Source: an uncultured Verrucomicrobiae bacterium (GTDB lineage: Bacteria; Verrucomicrobiota; Verrucomicrobiia; Opitutales; JABDGR01). Taken from it: 64,000 nt of DNA. The notes beneath the pieces are model-generated. The model ran no database searches. It was not told the origin of the DNA and saw nothing but the letters and a program-made list of their open reading frames with translations. A program made the translations under genes and the position numbers. The first letter of the stretch is position 1. Each line of letters starts with the position of its first letter. The stretch lies in assembly GCA_963765205.1 (NCBI GenBank), contig CAVXVB010000009.1, positions 1,088,001 through 1,152,000 on the forward strand, read 5' to 3'. Positions 31,980 to 41,617 of the stretch are shown in pieces.

Positions 31980-33248
31980 ATGACTTGGACCCCTGTTTTG
32001 TCAGTCTTCACCGCACTGCTCGTGGCGCGCGTGGCGGCGGACACCTTCCTCGACACCTTGAACCGCCGTTACGTGCGCGCCCACGCCGCCGCGCCGCCGG
32101 AGGGCCTGCGCGCTGTGATGGATGACGCCACCTACCGGCGCGCAGTGGACTATACACTGGCCAAAAATTGGTTCGGCCAATGGCAGGGCTGGTATGAAGC
32201 CGTCTGGCTCTTTGTCTGGCTCGGCTTGGGGTTGCTGCCGCCGGTTTATCATTTTCTCGCGGGGATTTTTGGCGCGTCGCTGTGGGGGCAGGCGGCGGCG
32301 CTGTGCACGCTGGGCGTCATTTTGGCGCTGCCGGATTTGCCGTGGGGCTGGTGGGCGCAGTTCCGGCTCGAAGCGGGCTTTGGTTTCAATAAAAGCACTC
32401 CCGCGCTATGGGTCGTGGATTTGTTGAAAGGCGCGGCGGTGGGCCTCGTGTTCGGCTATCCGCTGCTGTGCCTGGTGCTCTGGTTTTTCCATTGGCAGCC
32501 GCAGTGGTGGTGGCTGTGGGCCTGGGCGGCGTTGATGATTTTCCAACTCATCATGGTCGCGCTGGCCCCGCGCCTGATCATGCCCCTGTTCAACAAATTG
32601 ACGCCGATGCCGGAAGGCGAACTGCGCGAATGCCTGCTCGAACTGGCCCACCGCACCGGCTTCCGCTGCGCGGCGATTGACGTGATGGACGGCAGCAAGC
32701 GCTCGACCCACTCGAACGCCTTCTTCACCGGCTTCGGGCGGTTCCGGCGCATCGTATTTTATGACACGCTTATTGCGCAACTTACCCAGCGCGAACTCGA
32801 GGCCGTGCTCGCGCACGAAATCGGCCACTACCGGCGCGGGCATGTGCCCAAGATGTTCCTGCTTTCAGGCGTGGCCTCGCTCGTGGCGTTTGGGCTGCTG
32901 GCCTGGTTGGCCGGGCAGGATTGGTTTTACACCGGCTTTCGTTTCCCGCCCTCCGCGGGGATGCCGGTGGCCCTGCTCTTGTTCGTGCTGGCCACCGGGC
33001 TGGTCACCTTCTGGCTGCATCCGCTCGGCAACGTGTGGTCGCGCCACCATGAATACGAGGCCGACGCCTTTGCCCGCGCCGCGCTGGGCGAGGCCGCGCC
33101 GCTCGTCACCGCCTTGCGCAAACTGCACGAGAAAAATCTCAGCAACCTGACTCCGCACCCAGCCTATTCCTTTTTTCACTATTCCCACCCCACACTCCTC
33201 GAGCGCGAGACCGCCCTGCGCGCGCCCGCGGCGTCCGCCGCCGCATGA
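31980..33248 (+). CDS. M48 (Ste24-like) metallopeptidase
   Basis: DGSKRS.HSNA, HEIGH, E.EAD, YSHP. Confidence 0.93.
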   Translation: MTWTPVLSVFTALLVARVAADTFLDTLNRRYVRAHAAAPPEGLRAVMDDATYRRAVDYTLAKNWFGQWQGWYEAVWLFVWLGLGLLPPVYHFLAGIFGASLWGQAAALCTLGVILALPDLPWGWWAQFRLEAGFGFNKSTPALWVVDLLKGAAVGLVFGYPLLCLVLWFFHWQPQWWWLWAWAALMIFQLIMVALAPRLIMPLFNKLTPMPEGELRECLLELAHRTGFRCAAIDVMDGSKRSTHSNAFFTGFGRFRRIVFYDTLIAQLTQRELEAVLAHEIGHYRRGHVPKMFLLSGVASLVAFGLLAWLAGQDWFYTGFRFPPSAGMPVALLLFVLATGLVTFWLHPLGNVWSRHHEYEADAFARAALGEAAPLVTALRKLHEKNLSNLTPHPAYSFFHYSHPTLLERETALRAPAASAAA

Positions 33249-34210
33249 ATCCGCCGCCGCCCGCCGCCCGCGCCTGCTCGCGCCGCCGGATTGTTTCGGC
33301 GGCGTGGTTCATGCTTTTAATTATAACTGCTTCCTGCTCCAAAAGCGCGCCACCCCCGCCTGCCCCGCCCGCCGTTGACTCCACCATCACGCTGCGTCTG
33401 GCAACCTATAACATCCGTAATTACAATTCAATTAATCGTCAAATTGACGGCGGATACAAACCCGACTGGCCCAAGCCCGAAGCCAAGAAAACCGCCCTGC
33501 GCGCCGTCATCCGCGCCGCCCATCCCGATATTCTGGCCCTCGAGGAAATGGGCCTGGAGCCGGAGCTGGAGGAACTGCGTCGCGACCTCGCCGCCGAAGG
33601 GCTGACCTACACCTACTCCGCGCTCGTCCACGGCCCGGACCCTGACCGCCACGTGGCCCTCCTCTCGCGTGTGCCGTTCGCGGCGGTGCATCCGCATGAA
33701 AGTATTTCCTATAAGAACGGTGGCGTGGAAAAAATGGTCAGCCGCGGCCTGCTCGAAGTGGACCTCGTTACCAATGGCCGGCCCTGGGCGCTCTACGTCG
33801 TGCATCTTAAAAGCCGCCTTGATACCGCCGGCGACCCGCAAAGCGCCACCCAGCGCGACGGCGAGGCCCGCGTGGTGCGCGACGTGGTGCGCCAGGAGCA
33901 GCCGCTGGCGACCGGCCTGGTGGCCGTGGTCGGCGATTTCAACGACGCGCGCGATTCGCCGCCGCTCAAGCGCTTTACCGAACTTGACGGAAAACCGCTG
34001 CTGACCATTTCGCCCGATGCCGACTCCCGCGGCGAAACCTGGTCCTCCGCCTACGCGCGCGCCGATGAATACGACCGCTCGGATTACATCCTCCTATCGC
34101 CCGCCCTCGTGCCGCTGCAAAAAGCTCCCGGTGGCATCGAGGACGTGCCCGAGAGCGAAACCGCCAGCGACCACCGCCTTATCTGGGTGGACCTGGTGTT
34201 TCCCAAGTAG
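33245..34210 (+). CDS. Endonuclease/exonuclease/phosphatase family protein, likely a lipoprotein
   Basis: ATYN, HLKS, GDFN, DYIL, SDH; TAS-C lipobox-like site. Confidence 0.88.
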   Translation: MNPPPPAARACSRRRIVSAAWFMLLIITASCSKSAPPPPAPPAVDSTITLRLATYNIRNYNSINRQIDGGYKPDWPKPEAKKTALRAVIRAAHPDILALEEMGLEPELEELRRDLAAEGLTYTYSALVHGPDPDRHVALLSRVPFAAVHPHESISYKNGGVEKMVSRGLLEVDLVTNGRPWALYVVHLKSRLDTAGDPQSATQRDGEARVVRDVVRQEQPLATGLVAVVGDFNDARDSPPLKRFTELDGKPLLTISPDADSRGETWSSAYARADEYDRSDYILLSPALVPLQKAPGGIEDVPESETASDHRLIWVDLVFPK

Positions 34211-34289
34211 TGTGAAGTGTGGAATTTAACGGGTGGAGTTGGAGTAATTTTCCTTTAGATGGTCGCAAGCCATGGGCGCAGCGTCATTT

Positions 34290-34434
34290 TAGAACCTATC
34301 TCAAATTCGATTATATGCAGAAATTTGACCCATTTTTATGGATCCTGGAAAGCGGCTTCCCTCTAGCGCGCTATCCGAGGTTGGTAGAAAATGGGTAGAT
34401 TTTTGCTTGTTCGTCGAATTTGAGATAGGTTCTA
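34290..34434. mobile_element. MITE of 145 bp with perfect 21-bp inverted ends including the terminal TA
   Basis: tagaacctatctcaaattcga at 34290-34310 and tcgaatttgagataggttcta at 34414-34434; no ORF. Confidence 0.8.
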
Positions 34435-34512
34435 GTGTATATGCGCGCGGTTCCGTTTTGCCTTTGTTTTCTTTTTTTTAATTCTTTATTCTTAATTCCG
34501 CCCTTTCTTCCC

Positions 34513-36036
34513 GTGCCCACCGCCAACACCGCCGACGAATTCCTTGCCCTGGCCGCCGAATATCAGTTGGGCGCGCTAGACACCGAGGGTTTCCATCCGC
34601 TGACAGCGCATTTGTCCGACCAAGCGCGGCGGGATTTGCCGGCGGCGTTGCGGGCGCTGCAAGCCGTGGACGTGCTGGCGCTGGAGAAATCTCGGGAAAA
34701 GGCCACGGGCGTCGCGGAACTGGCGGAGGCGGTGGCCGCGACTTTCGCGGCAGGCCGACGGGTTTTCCTCTGCGGCTGCGGCGCGACAGGGCGCCTGTCA
34801 CTCACGGCCGAATGGCTGGGCCGCGCCGGGATGCTGCCCGCCAAATTGGCGGCGCGCGTCATCGGGTTCATGGCTGGGGGCGACGCGGCGCTCATCCGCT
34901 CGATTGAGAATTTCGAGGACTTTCCCGACTATGGTGCGCGCCAGCTTGACGAGCTGGGCTTTAGCGGGGGTGATCTGCTGATCGCCGCGACCGAGGGGGG
35001 CGAGACGCCGTGGGTCATCGGCGCCGCCGAGCGCGCGGCCGCGGTTTCGGGCCACGCGCCGTGGTTCCTGTATTGCAACCCGGACGCGCAACTGCGGCGC
35101 GTGGCCGCACGCTCGCGCCGGGTGCTGGACGACGCGCGCATTCGCAAGCTCAACCTTCACGTCGGGCCGATGGCACTGGCCGGGAGCACGCGGATGCAGG
35201 CCAGCACGGTACTGCTCGCTGCCGTGGGCCTCGCGCTGAAACACCACCGCGATCCCGAAAAAATCCCTGCCGCCCTCGCGGCGTTTTTGGAATTCACGCG
35301 CGCCGCCGATTTTGCCGCGCTCGCCCCGCTGACCGCCGCCGAGGCAGATATTTATAAAGATAACCGGCTCACGCTCTACCGCACGCGCTCCGCCGGACTG
35401 ACGACGCTGACCGACACCACCGAGCGCGCGCCGACGTTCAGCCTCGCCGCGTTTGAAAACACCCTGGCCCCGGCCCAGCCCGCCAGCCTGACCTACCTGC
35501 ACCGGCCCGGCGCGCGCGACGCCCCCACCGCCTGGCGCGCGCTGCTGCGGCGCGAACCGCGCACGCTCGAATGGTCTGGCCTCGAAAAACTCACCGCGCG
35601 CGCGTGGCTCGAGGGCTACGATTTTTCCGACCGGGTTTTGACGCGGCGCGCGACCACGGCGATCGTGGAGGTGGAAGTCGGACTCGAGGCCATCAGCCTG
35701 CGGCTGGGGGAAATCAAGTCCGTCTTTCCCCGTCCCACCGGCGGCCAGCTCACCGCGCATTTGTTTTTGAAGCTATTGCTCAACGCGCACTCGACCGCCG
35801 TCATGGCCCGGCTGGGCCGCTGCCAGGGCAATCTGATGACCTATGTGCGCCCGAGCAATCTGAAGCTGATTGACCGAACGGTGCGCTATGCGCGGCATTT
35901 GTGGAAGCAGGAAACCGGGCGGGAGATTGCCTACGAAACCGCGGTGCGCGCGCTCTTCGCCATCCGCCCCACCCTCGCACCCGACGAGCCGGCCGTGCTG
36001 CGCGTGCTGGAGTATTTGCGGGCGAATACGAAGTGA
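34513..36036 (+). CDS. SIS-domain MurQ/glucokinase-regulator-like protein
   Basis: GCGATGRLS, AGGD.AL..SIE..ED, GSTRM, GNLM..V.PSN.KL.DR. Confidence 0.75.
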   Translation: MPTANTADEFLALAAEYQLGALDTEGFHPLTAHLSDQARRDLPAALRALQAVDVLALEKSREKATGVAELAEAVAATFAAGRRVFLCGCGATGRLSLTAEWLGRAGMLPAKLAARVIGFMAGGDAALIRSIENFEDFPDYGARQLDELGFSGGDLLIAATEGGETPWVIGAAERAAAVSGHAPWFLYCNPDAQLRRVAARSRRVLDDARIRKLNLHVGPMALAGSTRMQASTVLLAAVGLALKHHRDPEKIPAALAAFLEFTRAADFAALAPLTAAEADIYKDNRLTLYRTRSAGLTTLTDTTERAPTFSLAAFENTLAPAQPASLTYLHRPGARDAPTAWRALLRREPRTLEWSGLEKLTARAWLEGYDFSDRVLTRRATTAIVEVEVGLEAISLRLGEIKSVFPRPTGGQLTAHLFLKLLLNAHSTAVMARLGRCQGNLMTYVRPSNLKLIDRTVRYARHLWKQETGREIAYETAVRALFAIRPTLAPDEPAVLRVLEYLRANTK

Positions 36037-36039
36037 AAT

Positions 36040-37491
36040 TTAATCCCGCCCGCCCGCGCCGAGGACGTGGACGTTGGCCATGGTAATGCCGCTGAGTATT
36101 GCGCCGGTGATGCCCAGAAAGCCCTGGTCGGTGCCGCACAGGAACAGATTCGCCAGGTGCGTGCGCCCGTCACGCACTTTGCGCGAGGCGCCGTAAATCG
36201 CGCCCGCGAGGTGCCCGGTGAAATGCAGCACCGTGCGGGGCGTGAACATATCCGTCGCCAGTGTGCGCACGGGCAGGGTTTCCGGGTTTTTTCCTCCGAG
36301 AAATTTCCGCGCCTCGGTTTGGAGAAGGTCGAACCAGCGTTTTTTTTCAGCGGCGTAGGCCTCCGCGTCGGGCGCGAGTTGCATCCACTGGTCGAAATTG
36401 GCCTGCGCGGTCACGCGCAGAATCCCCTCGGGCAACTGGCGGCCGCCGCTGTAGTGATAATTGTTGGGCACGCAAATCACGCCGCTGCGCGGGTCCACCA
36501 GATCGTCGGGCCGCGCGTAATGCAGGCGCTCGGCGTCGTTGAAGAAAATGATCGTCTCGTCCCAGCCGAATTCGCGCGGCTGGCGGTCGAACAGTGTGAT
36601 GGTCTCGACAAATGAAAGGCGACCAATGGATTGTGTTTCGATTTGTGTCGGCTGGTCGTCGCACAGCCGCAGCGTTTCGACGAGGCCCGCGCTCGAAATG
36701 ATTTTGTCGGCGGTGAGCATATGGCCGTCGTCCAAGACGATTTCCGCGACGCGCCCGGCGCGCGCGCGCAATTGCGCGACGCCGCACTTCATGCAGCGCT
36801 CGCCGCCCAGCGCGCGGTATTTATCGGTGAGCGCGCGGAGGACGCGGCGCACACCCTCGAAGGGCCGCGCAAAGCCCTCGAAGTAAAGCGCCTGCCACAT
36901 GATGCAAAACTGCGGCCACTCCATGTCGTGCTCCTGCGCGCTGCCGTAATACATCAGCGGCAGCAAGAGCATGTCGGCCAGCACGGGGTCGCGCAGAAAT
37001 TCGCCGAGGACGGCGCGGGCGGAGCGCGGCGCGGCGTCGAGCGCAACCGCTTCCGCCGCGGCGGCACGCATAGCGGTGGCGAGGCGGCGAAAGTCGTCAA
37101 TTTCGGACGGAAAGGCGCGGGCGACTTCGCTTTCGAGCACGGCGAAATCGTTGGTGAAGCGCAGGCTCTCGCCCGGCCAGGCGATGCGCGAGCCGCGCTG
37201 CTCGGCGAGGTCGAAGTCCTCGCGTGTGAGGCGGAGCTGGCGGAAAACCTTGGTCAGCGGCGCGCCCTTGGCGCGGGGGCCGGGGGGCACGAAGTTCGTC
37301 ATCGCGTGCAGGCCCACGTCGTGCTTGTGCCCGTCCTTGAAATAAAAGCTGTTCAGGCCGCCCGGTGCGTTGTGGCGTTCGAGGATGACGACTTTTTTCT
37401 CGAAGAGCGCCAGCCGGATGCCCGCGGCGAGGCCGGACATGCCCGCGCCGATGATGACGGCGTCGTAGTGCGAATGGGCGGGCATGGCCAT
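36040..37491 (-). CDS. Phytoene-dehydrogenase-like FAD oxidoreductase
   Basis: IIGAGMSGL, DVGLHA.TN, TP.T...FT....GAIYG, GTDQGFLGI.G. Confidence 0.88.
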   Translation of the reverse strand: MAMPAHSHYDAVIIGAGMSGLAAGIRLALFEKKVVILERHNAPGGLNSFYFKDGHKHDVGLHAMTNFVPPGPRAKGAPLTKVFRQLRLTREDFDLAEQRGSRIAWPGESLRFTNDFAVLESEVARAFPSEIDDFRRLATAMRAAAAEAVALDAAPRSARAVLGEFLRDPVLADMLLLPLMYYGSAQEHDMEWPQFCIMWQALYFEGFARPFEGVRRVLRALTDKYRALGGERCMKCGVAQLRARAGRVAEIVLDDGHMLTADKIISSAGLVETLRLCDDQPTQIETQSIGRLSFVETITLFDRQPREFGWDETIIFFNDAERLHYARPDDLVDPRSGVICVPNNYHYSGGRQLPEGILRVTAQANFDQWMQLAPDAEAYAAEKKRWFDLLQTEARKFLGGKNPETLPVRTLATDMFTPRTVLHFTGHLAGAIYGASRKVRDGRTHLANLFLCGTDQGFLGITGAILSGITMANVHVLGAGGRD

Positions 37492-37582
37492 GGAAGTAGC
37501 GCGGAGCGGGGAGCGCGGAGTGCGGGAGAGAGATGTATAAACGCTCAACACTTAACGCTCAACATTCAACGTTCAACCTGGC

Positions 37583-38326
37583 CTAAGCGCAGGCGCAGGC
37601 CATGCTCGGCAACTCTGGCGCCAAATGCCAGGTGTGCGCCACATCGCGCATGATTAGTGTGTGGTCGTAAATCACGCTGTTTTCCGGAAAAATTTTCCGT
37701 TCACTGAAAAAACTCGAATACACTTCACCCACAGCCAGAGGGGATACACACCACCCAGTCGTTTCCAGCCGCAGGCCGTCCAGGCGGCCCACGTCACGTG
37801 TGACCGAATAACCGACGGAGCCGCCCTCGAAAAACGCCGACGCTGCGGCGAGGGACTTGAAACACGAATCGTTGGGCAGATCCGCCACCTGCCGTCCCAC
37901 CACATGAACCTGCACAGTGCGGTCGTTCGACTCCATTCGAAAATCAAATGCCTGGCCGTCGTCCCGAACCTCTAACCGGGCGGGATGATGCTCACCGGGG
38001 AAAATGCGCCCGCCCGCCAGGCGGTTCAGAGACGATCCCGTGTCGCGCCGGGGAATGTAGACGCCTTCCTTGGTCGCACCGCTTGCGTCCGTCCATTCGA
38101 CGGAAATGCGATGAGCCGCGTTCTCGCTCGAGATGCCCAGAAAACCGGGAAATGCTGCCGGACGGATTTGCTCCAGCCGAATAAGGCAGACCCCGACCAC
38201 CGCATAATCGTGGAAAAGTTTGGGACGGAATGGCGAGGGCAGGAAGCGTTGGACAACTTCAGGATCGGCGCGGAAATTAACCAGCAGCCGCCGTTTGATC
38301 TTACCCGCAAGGACAGGAATACGCAT
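37583..38326 (-). CDS. DUF2071-like protein
   Basis: RRLLVNFR.DP, GVCLIRL, ENAAHR. Confidence 0.75.
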   Translation of the reverse strand: MRIPVLAGKIKRRLLVNFRADPEVVQRFLPSPFRPKLFHDYAVVGVCLIRLEQIRPAAFPGFLGISSENAAHRISVEWTDASGATKEGVYIPRRDTGSSLNRLAGGRIFPGEHHPARLEVRDDGQAFDFRMESNDRTVQVHVVGRQVADLPNDSCFKSLAAASAFFEGGSVGYSVTRDVGRLDGLRLETTGWCVSPLAVGEVYSSFFSERKIFPENSVIYDHTLIMRDVAHTWHLAPELPSMACACA

Positions 38327-38445
38327 GGTGGAACAACGCAGCAAATCCAAACTAGCCTACCGCACCCAAGACACAACCATGAATTGGGTATCAGCGGCAG
38401 GGAAAAATTTTCACGTCGCGCTAAGTTGCCTTTACATTCAAACTT

Positions 38446-38838
38446 TCACGCCACATTCGGCAACTTCACCGGATTGCGCTGGTGGATGCAGATTTTGCCG
38501 CCGTCGGGGTCGCAGATGATGGCCATGCGGCAGACGGGAGTGTGCGTCGGCTCGATGGCGAATTTCACCTCGGCGGCTTTGAGTTCCGCGATGGCCTGGT
38601 CAAAGTCGGCGACTTCGAGGGCCACGGCGCCGCCGCCCGGCCCGGGCTTCCAGTCGTCGCCGTCGGCCATGTTGGTGATGGCGAGTGTGTGCGGGCCGAG
38701 TTCGTATTCGATCCAACCCTTGGCGCCGTCCACCCAGGTCTTGGCGGGCTGGAAGCCGAGGATTTTCTCATAAAAATTCCGCGCCCGCGGCAAGTCGGTC
38801 ACGGAATAGCAAACGAAGGCGAATTCGAGGATTTGCAT
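38446..38838 (-). CDS. VOC family protein
   Basis: VTDL.RAR.FYE..LG; DPDG. Confidence 0.88.
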   Translation of the reverse strand: MQILEFAFVCYSVTDLPRARNFYEKILGFQPAKTWVDGAKGWIEYELGPHTLAITNMADGDDWKPGPGGGAVALEVADFDQAIAELKAAEVKFAIEPTHTPVCRMAIICDPDGGKICIHQRNPVKLPNVA

Positions 38839-38967
38839 GGGGCAGAGGGTGAAGTTTGGAACGTGGACAGCGGAGTACGGAATGTAAAACACAAAATGTG
38901 AAATGCAAAATGCGGACGCGAACGTGGGTAGAGATTTGATATTCCGCGCCTAACACTCAATCAAAAA

Positions 38968-38991
38968 GCGCGGGCTGAAGCACCACGCTAC
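38968..38991. repeat. GTAG-type REP, second family; a doublet of it lies at 55971-56042
   Basis: gcgcgggctgaagcaccacgctac. Confidence 0.85.
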
Positions 38992-38992
38992 G

Positions 38993-39232
38993 TCATTCCC
39001 GGCCTGCGCGCTTGGCGGCGTCAATTTCTTCGGGCGTAGTCGTGAATTTTTGGGAATCGCGAAGTCTCTTTGCCCTAAGCCTGATCGCCTCCGGCGTTTT
39101 GGCTTCGGCCCCATAGGCCTCCTCAAATATGATAAGAATCTCGCTGTTGAGACTACGCCGGTTTTTTGCCGCGCGGCGCTTCAATGCACGGTGCAAAGAG
39201 GAAGGAACGCCTTTGAGAGTAATGGTTGCCAT
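38993..39232 (-). CDS. Arc/FitA-like ribbon-helix-helix antitoxin with no partner toxin
   Basis: ITLKGVP..LH..LK.RA..NRRSLNSEI; C-terminal IDAAK..GR. Confidence 0.85.
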   Translation of the reverse strand: MATITLKGVPSSLHRALKRRAAKNRRSLNSEILIIFEEAYGAEAKTPEAIRLRAKRLRDSQKFTTTPEEIDAAKRAGRE

Positions 39233-39266
39233 AGTGGAACCATAATGGAACCGTTTTGGTTGTCAA
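39230..39266 (-). promoter_or_regulatory. Sigma-70-like promoter overlapped by a direct-repeat operator
   Basis: TTGACA-N16-TATGGT on the minus strand; repeats catagtggaac/cataatggaac. Confidence 0.65.
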
Positions 39267-39291
39267 CGATTTTTGATGTAAAGCCAGAATC

Positions 39292-39801
39292 CTACTTTTT
39301 CCAATTAATTTTGTGAACGTGTTGAATTAAAATCTGCTCGAAGCCCTGCATCTGCTCGGTGTCCTCGAATACCCGCTTAGGAATCACTGTAAAATTACGT
39401 TCACCATAGTAAAGAATGTAAGACCGAGGATCCACAATCGCCCGTGTATACATGCTCCATTGGAGATGTGAGTCAATGCCCTTGGTGCGGAAGTGAATGT
39501 CGTCAGATGAGAACGTAAGGGCATAGTCATCTCGAAATTTTAGTTCACGGCGGAAAAGCCATCGTGGTAAAATGAAAAAGGCCGCAAACAGGAGAAATGT
39601 AAACAATCCCGATCCTATTAAACTGAATACTCCCAACCAATGCAGTGTCGGCTCGAACAAACAATAACTCCCGAATGCGACTAACGCCATGACAACAAAA
39701 ATATCCATCCGGAGGCGCAAGATGGATGCATAATGTGAGCGTAGAGCACATACATAATCAGCCTCCGTGTAACGAAACGAAAGACTGATTGTTTGATTCA
39801 C
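39292..39801 (-). CDS. YcxB-like membrane protein, AT-rich
   Basis: Two TM helices; W.......... IPKR.F C-terminal motif. Confidence 0.8.
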   Translation of the reverse strand: MNQTISLSFRYTEADYVCALRSHYASILRLRMDIFVVMALVAFGSYCLFEPTLHWLGVFSLIGSGLFTFLLFAAFFILPRWLFRRELKFRDDYALTFSSDDIHFRTKGIDSHLQWSMYTRAIVDPRSYILYYGERNFTVIPKRVFEDTEQMQGFEQILIQHVHKINWKK

Positions 39802-39848
39802 AAGTTTATCCTCCGTGTTAAAAAATTTTCACGGGTGTCAAACAAATC

Positions 39849-40113
39849 TCACTTCCCAAACTTCGGCAGCAAATACTCCGCGCAGCTATCGAGGGTGGCC
39901 AGCTTGGGGTAATCGGCTTCGGGGACTTCGATGCCGTATTTTTTGCGGAGTTCCATGACGATGTCGAGGAAGTCCATCGAGTCGAGTTCGAGCTGCTCGC
40001 GCAGGCGGACCTCGGGCTTGATGTTGTTCAAGTCCTCGTCGGGCGCGATGTCGGCGATGATCGCCAGGACAATTTTTTTGAACGTCGTCGGCAGTGGTGG
40101 CGGTGGCGGGCAT
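39849..40113 (-). CDS. acpP: Acyl carrier protein, frameshift in the A7 run near 40075
   Basis: IVLAIIADIAPDED..; LDSMDFLDIVMELRK. Confidence 0.88.
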
Positions 40114-40193
40114 GGGTTTAGAGAAGTACTCAGCGTTTGGGTGCCAGGAAAGTGAATCGGCGCCTCGGATGACGGGCGGGCCGGCAGGCGGCT

Positions 40194-40274
40194 CTACTTC
40201 TTTTTCTTGGCGCTCTTCTTGGCGCTCGTTTTGGAGCTGGTTTTGCTGTGCTTGCTGGATTTTTTGGTAGCCAT
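40194..40274 (-). CDS. 26-aa Lys/Ser-rich micropeptide MATKKSSKHSKTSSKTSAKKSAKKKK
   Basis: Translated by hand; begins 6 nt after the fabF stop, same strand. Confidence 0.55.
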   Translation of the reverse strand: MATKKSSKHSKTSSKTSAKKSAKKKK

Positions 40275-40280
40275 AAATGG

Positions 40281-41570
40281 TTAGGGAAAGGAGGTGACGA
40301 CGACGGCGGAGTTGATGCCGAGCATGCCGAAGGAATTGTTGAGGATGGCGCGCACGCGGGGGACGGCCCGCGGCTGGCCAACCACCAGATTATGCAATTC
40401 GCACGCGGGGTCAAGGTTATCCAAGTTTATTGTTGGATGAACCAAGCCGTCGGCAAAGGTGGGCAAATTGCCGGCGAGTTCGAGCGCGCCGGCCGCGCCC
40501 ATGGCGTGGCCGATGAAGCTTTTGGTGTTGTTGAAATAAGTGTCCGCGCACGCTTCAAAGACGCGGCGCAGCGCGGCGCATTCCTGCGCGTCGCCCTGGT
40601 GCGTGGCGGTGGCGTGGGTCGAGACAAGGCCGATGTCCGCGGGGGCGAGACCACTGCGCGCGATGGCGGCGGCCATGCACTCGGCCTGGCGGTCGGGGTT
40701 GGGCAGCACGGCGTCGGTGGCGTCGGAGTTCATCTGGTAGCCGGCGATTTCACAAATAATGCGCGCGCCGCGGGCGAGGGCGTCGCTCAGGCGTTCGACG
40801 ACGTAGAGCGCGCCGCCCTCGGAGATGACGATGCCGTTGCGGTCGCGGTCGAAGGGGCGCGAGGCTTTGTTGGGATCGTCGTGGTGGGCGAGCGCGCCCT
40901 GGGCCTTGAACGCGGCGAAGATGCCGAAGGTGTGGATGCTTTCGCTGACGCCGCCGGCGAGGGCGACGTCCACCTCGCCGAGGCGCAGCATCTGCGCGGC
41001 CTGGATGAGGCCGGCGTTCCCGGCGGCGCAGGCGGCGCCGATGGTGTAATGCGGGCCGGTGAGGCCGAGATTGATGGTCACTTCACCCGCGGGGTTGTTG
41101 GCAACGGTGCGGGGGTTGTGGTGGTGCGTCCAATATTTCGTGTCGTAGTTGAACTGCGAGATGTTATAAATTTCGTTCTCGGTCTCGACGTTGCCGTGCT
41201 CGGTGATGCCGATATAAACACCGGCGCGGGCGCAGTCGAGCCGCGCGAGGTCGAGTCCGGCGTCGGCGAGGGCTTCGCGCGCGCAATAAATGGCGATGCT
41301 GCCGGCGCGGGTGCCGTTGCGGACCTCTTTGCGCTTCTGGTATTTCAGCGCGTCGTAATTGCAGGCCCCGGCGAGGATTTCGCCCATGTAGCGGATGGGC
41401 AGGCGCTGGATATTCGGCCGGCCGGCGAGGAGGTTGGCGCGGAATTCGGCGAGCGTGTTGCCGTTGGGCGCAGTGAGGCCGAGGCCGGTGACAACGATGC
41501 GTTCGGCGGCGTTTTTGGGCCGCACGCGCAGGCGCGGGGCGGCGGAGGAAGAACTGGCGGAAGAAGACAC
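40281..41570 (-). CDS. fabF: Beta-ketoacyl-ACP synthase (FabF/FabB family)
   Basis: AACAAG, HAT.T..GD, KS.IGH.MGAAG, NSFG. Confidence 0.92.
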   Translation of the reverse strand: MSSSASSSSAAPRLRVRPKNAAERIVVTGLGLTAPNGNTLAEFRANLLAGRPNIQRLPIRYMGEILAGACNYDALKYQKRKEVRNGTRAGSIAIYCAREALADAGLDLARLDCARAGVYIGITEHGNVETENEIYNISQFNYDTKYWTHHHNPRTVANNPAGEVTINLGLTGPHYTIGAACAAGNAGLIQAAQMLRLGEVDVALAGGVSESIHTFGIFAAFKAQGALAHHDDPNKASRPFDRDRNGIVISEGGALYVVERLSDALARGARIICEIAGYQMNSDATDAVLPNPDRQAECMAAAIARSGLAPADIGLVSTHATATHQGDAQECAALRRVFEACADTYFNNTKSFIGHAMGAAGALELAGNLPTFADGLVHPTINLDNLDPACELHNLVVGQPRAVPRVRAILNNSFGMLGINSAVVVTSFP

Positions 41571-41617
41571 AGGGAAACGACCTTTTTAGCAGAATGCGCC
41601 GCGCGGGGAAGCCTTTT

